Assembly (NCBI GenBank): GCA_033762295.1
Contig: JANRLW010000121.1
Span: 1-22,237, forward strand
Direction of reading: 5' to 3'
Origin: Capsulimonadales bacterium
GTDB taxonomy: Bacteria > Armatimonadota > Armatimonadia > Armatimonadales > Armatimonadaceae
DNA: 22,237 nt
The notes below the pieces were generated by a model. It was not told the origin of the DNA, ran no database searches, and saw only the letters and a program-made list of their open reading frames with translations. Shown here in pieces: positions 18,315 to 22,237 of the stretch. The position numbers and the translations under genes were made by a program. Numbering within the stretch: position 1 is the stretch's first letter; every line of letters begins with the position of its first letter.

Positions 18315-18414
18315 TGTCACGATACTCCGTTTACGAAGAGGCGGAAAAGGGACGTCTCTTCCGACGTTTCGTGGCAAGGAAAAATAGCTCGAAATGCGTT
18401 AACTTGCCGTTATG

Positions 18415-18434
18415 ATGTTAAAATATTCTAGCAT
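18415..18434. promoter_or_regulatory. Putative bidirectional promoter core (two abutting extended -10 elements)
   Basis: Plus strand TGt-TAAAAT (18416-18424) abuts minus strand TGc-TAGAAT (18433-18425); 8 of 10 pairs palindromic; AT-rich spacer between divergent genes. Confidence 0.55.
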
Positions 18435-18503
18435 AATTTTTTACTGGAATCTGATAGTGATCGTCCGGGCCAGTGCCATGACGGCCCGATTATGAGGATA
18501 CCC

Positions 18504-21452
18504 ATGCCCCTGCAAGACCGCGTTTGTGTGTCATTCCATTGCTGTTCGGTTCCGATTTCCAAACGCCATTTTCCAAGGGCGATTTTTGCCCTCTGGGTGA
18601 TTATGGTGGCGAATTCTGCGCTTGCGCAAACTACCCCGATCCAATCCTCGAACCCGCCCGGTGTTCCCAAAACCGCGACTACACCACCTACCGAGCCATT
18701 ACCTGAAGTCGCCGCCTTGATTCAAGCCGGAAAAGAGGAGGCAACAAAGTTTCAGTGGGAGGAGGCGCTGATAAAGTATCGCACAGCGTTGGAACGATCC
18801 CGAACGCTTTCCGACAAAACGGGCGAAGGTGTGGCGTTAACAAGTATCGGTATGGTTTTCGCCTCCACCGGTCAACCGGATAAAGCGTTGGAGCATTACG
18901 AACAGGCTTTACCCCTTTTGCGAATGACGGGGAGCAAACTCTTTGAAGCCAATACGCTCAACAATATTGGAAACGTTCATGCGACGACGGGGCAACCGGA
19001 CAAAGCATTGGAACATTACCGACTGGCGTTTCCTCTCTATCACGAGACGGGGAATCGTGCCAGGGAGGGGGCCGTGCTAGCCAATATGGGTGTCGTCTTC
19101 GCCGATTCGGGCCAACCGGATAAAGCGTTGGAACATTACGAACAGGCTTTACCCCTTTTGCGAATGACGGGAAGCAAACCCTTTGAAGCCAATACGCTCA
19201 ACAATACAGGTAACGTTCTCGTTGCGATTGGCCAACCCGGCAGGGCACTACAACTTTTTCAACAAGCGCTATCACTTTACCGAGAGACGGAAAATAACGT
19301 CGGGGCGGCCAACGCGCTCAACGGTATGGGTAACGTCTATGTAGCGATTCGGCAACCTGTCAAAGCCCTGGAGTATTTTCGGCAAACATTAGCATTGTAC
19401 CGGCAGGCCGGATTCAAGGCCCAGGAGGCAGGGGTTCTAGCCAACATCGGTGCCGTCCTCTCGGATATGGGTCAACCGGATAAAGCGTTGGAGCATTACG
19501 AACAGGCTTTACCTCTTTTGCGAATGACGGGAAGTAAACTCTTTGAAGCCAATACGCTCAATAATATAGGCAACGTTCATGCGTCTACCGGAAGGACGCG
19601 GAAGGCCCTGGAAAACTACGAACAGGCTTTGTCCTTCTATCAGCGGTTAGGAAATACAGCGGGTGAAGCCAACACACTCAGCGGAATCGGCAACGTCTAC
19701 CGTGACGCCGGCCAGGCGCAAAAAGCGCTGGAGTATTACCGTCGCAGTATCTCCGGAATTGAGGCCGTACGTTCTCGAATCCAAAACGATACCGAGGCAA
19801 GATCGGCCTTTCTGGAGGGCTATCTGGCAACCTATCATCTGGCTATTCATCTCCTTCTGCGCGAGGGCACTTTGCCTGCCCGACTGGAAGCGTTTGAACT
19901 GGCGCAGAAGGTCAAAGCCCGCTCCCTGCTGGACCGACTCGGCAACGCGAAAAACGACCTGGTCGCTCGACTGACGCCTGAGGAACGCGACAAAGAGGCT
20001 GGCCTGCGCGTTGCCTGCGACCGACTCAACCGCGCCATGGTCGCCGAAGGGGTCAGGAATGAAATCGGTAGCAAAAAGCGGTTCGAACAGGCAAAAAGTG
20101 CCCTGACAAAGGCCGAACAGCAACTGGCTCTCTTCCAGGACAGCCTTTACGCCCGTTACCCCGATCTGTCCGCGCGGCGGGTCGCCCGAACCGACTCCCT
20201 GACGGACATCGCCCGCGCCCTGCCCGAAGACACCGCCCTGATCGAGTTCGTCCGCCTCAATGACGGCAAAAAATTGGACCGTACCGTGGCCTTCGTCGTC
20301 ACCAGGGTGGGCAAGCGGCCTCGCCTCACCGTGTACGACACCGGACGGGATGGCAAATCCCTGACCGACCTCGCGCGCCGTCTCAACGGTGCGTGCGCCC
20401 GACCGAGCGGAAACTACATCCTTCCGGCCCGAAAACTCCATGCCGCCCTGCTCGGACCGGCGGCCAAGCCTCTCGTCGGGAAGCGCTCGTTGATCGTCTG
20501 TCCGGACGGGGACCTTTGGAAGGTGCCGTTTGCCGCGCTTCGGGACGCCCGAGGACGATTCCTGTTGCAACGCTACGATCTGTCGGTGGCGTACTCGGCG
20601 ACCGGTTGGCGGGCTGCCCGGACGGTGCGAACCATCCAGAAGCGGGCGAAGTCGCCTCTATCAGGCCGCCTCCTGACGCTAGCGGACCCGGACTTCGGAT
20701 CGGTGAACCGACTGGCCGCCGAGTTCGGCAACACGCCCGGCGTCCAGGGACAACGGCCGATCTCCATCCCGGATCGTCCGATTAGCATCCCGGATCGTCC
20801 GATTAGCATCCCTGACCGCCCGATCTCCATCCCGGATCGTGCGGTGTCGCTGGGACTGATCGAGCGCGCCGGAGCGTTGCGCGCCCTGCCCGGCACCCGC
20901 AACGAGGCGCGGGCCATTCAAAAACTGTTCCCGGACGCCACCCTGTTGACCGGCAGGCAGGCGCAGGAGTCCACCTTCAAGCAGCAGGCGCCGCGCTACG
21001 GTCGTCTGCATCTGGCGACGCACGGTTTCTTCAACGATGCCTCGCCTTTGCTGTCCTCCCTGGTGCTGGCCGCGCCACCGGACACGGGGGCCGGGAGTGA
21101 CGAAGACGGTCTGCTGACCGCGCGCGAGATCCTGGGTCTGGACCTCTCCCGTTGCGAAATGGCGGTCTTGTCGGCGTGCAGCACCGGAGTGGGCAAGCAG
21201 CAGAGCGGGGAGGGGATCGTGGGACTGACCTGGTGTCTGACGGCTTCGGGTTGCCCGAGTCAGATCGTCTCCGGTTGGCCGGTCAGCGATGCTTCCACAG
21301 CCCGCCTGATGCGCGAATTCTACGGCGGCTTGAAGCGGGGACAGAGCAAGGCTGCGTCGTTGCGTTCGGCGTCGCTGGCTTTGCTGAAGTCATCAGCGAC
21401 AAGTCATCCGTACCACTGGGCGCCCTTTTTTCTCGTCGGAGACCCGAATTGA
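18504..21452 (+). CDS. TPR-CHAT (caspase HetF associated with TPRs) cysteine protease with probable signal peptide
   Basis: About 8-9 40-aa TPR units; KARSLLD, IVCPDGDLWKVPFAAL, LPGTRNE, catalytic LHLATHG (His codon 21021) and VLSACSTG (Cys codon 21177), EGIVGL, WPVSD, HPYHWAPF.LVG. SD GAGGA favours ATG 18504 (alternative 18492). Confidence 0.93.
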   Translation: MPLQDRVCVSFHCCSVPISKRHFPRAIFALWVIMVANSALAQTTPIQSSNPPGVPKTATTPPTEPLPEVAALIQAGKEEATKFQWEEALIKYRTALERSRTLSDKTGEGVALTSIGMVFASTGQPDKALEHYEQALPLLRMTGSKLFEANTLNNIGNVHATTGQPDKALEHYRLAFPLYHETGNRAREGAVLANMGVVFADSGQPDKALEHYEQALPLLRMTGSKPFEANTLNNTGNVLVAIGQPGRALQLFQQALSLYRETENNVGAANALNGMGNVYVAIRQPVKALEYFRQTLALYRQAGFKAQEAGVLANIGAVLSDMGQPDKALEHYEQALPLLRMTGSKLFEANTLNNIGNVHASTGRTRKALENYEQALSFYQRLGNTAGEANTLSGIGNVYRDAGQAQKALEYYRRSISGIEAVRSRIQNDTEARSAFLEGYLATYHLAIHLLLREGTLPARLEAFELAQKVKARSLLDRLGNAKNDLVARLTPEERDKEAGLRVACDRLNRAMVAEGVRNEIGSKKRFEQAKSALTKAEQQLALFQDSLYARYPDLSARRVARTDSLTDIARALPEDTALIEFVRLNDGKKLDRTVAFVVTRVGKRPRLTVYDTGRDGKSLTDLARRLNGACARPSGNYILPARKLHAALLGPAAKPLVGKRSLIVCPDGDLWKVPFAALRDARGRFLLQRYDLSVAYSATGWRAARTVRTIQKRAKSPLSGRLLTLADPDFGSVNRLAAEFGNTPGVQGQRPISIPDRPISIPDRPISIPDRPISIPDRAVSLGLIERAGALRALPGTRNEARAIQKLFPDATLLTGRQAQESTFKQQAPRYGRLHLATHGFFNDASPLLSSLVLAAPPDTGAGSDEDGLLTAREILGLDLSRCEMAVLSACSTGVGKQQSGEGIVGLTWCLTASGCPSQIVSGWPVSDASTARLMREFYGGLKRGQSKAASLRSASLALLKSSATSHPYHWAPFFLVGDPN
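18870..19566 (+). repeat. Three near-identical ~97-nt intragenic TPR copies (18870-18966, 19110-19206, 19470-19566)
   Basis: Each encodes GQPDKALEHYEQALPLLRMTGSK[L/P]FEANTLNN. About 4 mismatches versus copy 1 by eye. Offsets 240 and 360 nt are multiples of the 120-nt unit. Confidence 0.95.
20754..20837 (+). repeat. In-frame 4 x 21-nt tandem repeat encoding (RPISIPD)4
   Basis: Units: CGGCCGATCTCCATCCCGGAT / CGTCCGATTAGCATCCCGGAT / CGTCCGATTAGCATCCCTGAC / CGCCCGATCTCCATCCCGGAT. Confidence 0.97.
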
Positions 21453-21484
21453 TTCGGTAGCCTCGCCGCAAAATCTGTCGCGCG

Positions 21485-21514
21485 TTTGACGACGTTTAAC
21501 GACACTTGACGACG
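21485..21514 (+). promoter_or_regulatory. Triple direct repeat with 10-bp period, candidate transcription-factor site
   Basis: TTTGACGACG TTTAACGACA CTTGACGACG in the intergenic region upstream of the 21690 ORF. Confidence 0.55.
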
Positions 21515-21689
21515 AATGGAAATACGCCAAAGGTAGATGAGAGGCGTGTACACCGGCCCGGCGCCGTCCCTCGCCAACCGAAATTCGAATACCTGATCCC
21601 ACGCCCCCCCGGTGGCGAAGATAAATGGCGGCAGTAATCAACGTAAATCAAGCTCCGCCGGACGCCACCGGCACGCGGGGGAATGGCTC

Positions 21690-22237
21690 ATGCGCTCGTC
21701 ACAACGAAATCTCGTTCGCCTGGCCGTATACGGGTCGTGGTGGATCGGGACGGTCCTCGCTTCAACCGCTCACGCGCAGAATCCGGTGCGTCAGGGAAGT
21801 GTCCTTTACTACACCGACGAAGCCCGGATCGATTCCGATATCTCCGGCCATCATGTCGTCATCGGGAAAAGGCCGGGCGGAAGGTTCGGTCACGCCCACG
21901 GTGACACGGACATACGGACGCCCTATACGGTCACCATCGCCGACGGAGCGACCATCACCTTCTCGACCGAAGATACGGGCTACGGGTCCGCCTCCTTCTA
22001 CAATAACAGCCGTCTGGCGATGAACGGCGGCAGTGCCGGCGGGGTGATAGGGTTCGATAACAGCGTCCTGGAGATCAATGCCGGCAGTCTTTCCTCGGTG
22101 CACGGATTTCAACAGGCCGAAATTCATTTCCGCGGCGGTCAGGCTCATTACATCGAAAGCTGGAATTCGGCGGCGGTAACGATCTCCGGCGGAAACGTGC
22201 TGAACGTTTCCGGACTGGAAACCGGATCGATCACGGT
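21690..22237 (+). CDS. Secreted beta-helix-repeat surface protein (partial; possibly PEP-CTERM-type)
   Basis: Read manually, not in ORF track: SD GGGGGA; MRSSQRNLVRLAVYGSWWIGTVLASTAHA|QNPV signal peptide; ~19-aa repeats (FYNNSRLAMNGGSAGGVIG / FDNSVLEINAGSLSSVHG / FQQAEIHFRGGQAHYIES / WNSAAVTISGGNV); open to the window end. Confidence 0.85.
   Translation, partial: MRSSQRNLVRLAVYGSWWIGTVLASTAHAQNPVRQGSVLYYTDEARIDSDISGHHVVIGKRPGGRFGHAHGDTDIRTPYTVTIADGATITFSTEDTGYGSASFYNNSRLAMNGGSAGGVIGFDNSVLEINAGSLSSVHGFQQAEIHFRGGQAHYIESWNSAAVTISGGNVLNVSGLETGSIT

Noticed and set aside
18870..19566. Near-identical repeats as DGR template/variable repeats
   Set aside because: No reverse transcriptase in the window; differences include C/T changes, are mostly silent and are not adenine-specific; all copies are in-frame TPR units.
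20754..20837. 21-nt repeats as a mini CRISPR array
   Set aside because: Units are contiguous with no spacers, in frame within a CDS, vary only silently, and no cas genes are present.
21625..22148. ORF-track entries 21625-22023 (+), 21683-21904 (+) and 21762-22148 (-)
   Set aside because: Superseded by the frame starting at 21690, which has an SD, a signal peptide and a coherent repeat structure.

Overview
High-GC bacterial chromosomal window. The gene repertoire suggests Armatimonadota, but this is inference only. Left: a minus-strand type II secretion/pseudopilus operon (gspE-F-G-H-I-J, J cut by the window edge) is divergent from an outer-membrane beta-barrel gene and a sugar-phosphate isomerase/epimerase. 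Middle: cell-surface glycan genes, namely two hexapeptide acyltransferases behind a strong promoter and a ~295-nt structured leader, a GT2 plus GT-C pair, and a secreted GH-A/Fn3/CARDB hydrolase. These are followed by a copper-amine-oxidase-N-domain protein, phhB and a DAACS symporter. Right: an accessory block containing an orphan membrane-anchored helical protein and an adenylate cyclase-STAND(NB-ARC-like)-TPR protein. The latter is head-to-head with an apparently exported TPR-CHAT (caspase-like) protease across a symmetric double -10 element. A secreted beta-helix-repeat protein then runs off the end. The best candidate for an undescribed system is the cyclase-NLR-like/TPR-CHAT pair, especially a perfect 4x RPISIPD peptide repeat with divergent codons inside the CHAT domain. 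No rRNA, tRNA, CRISPR array or transposase was seen.
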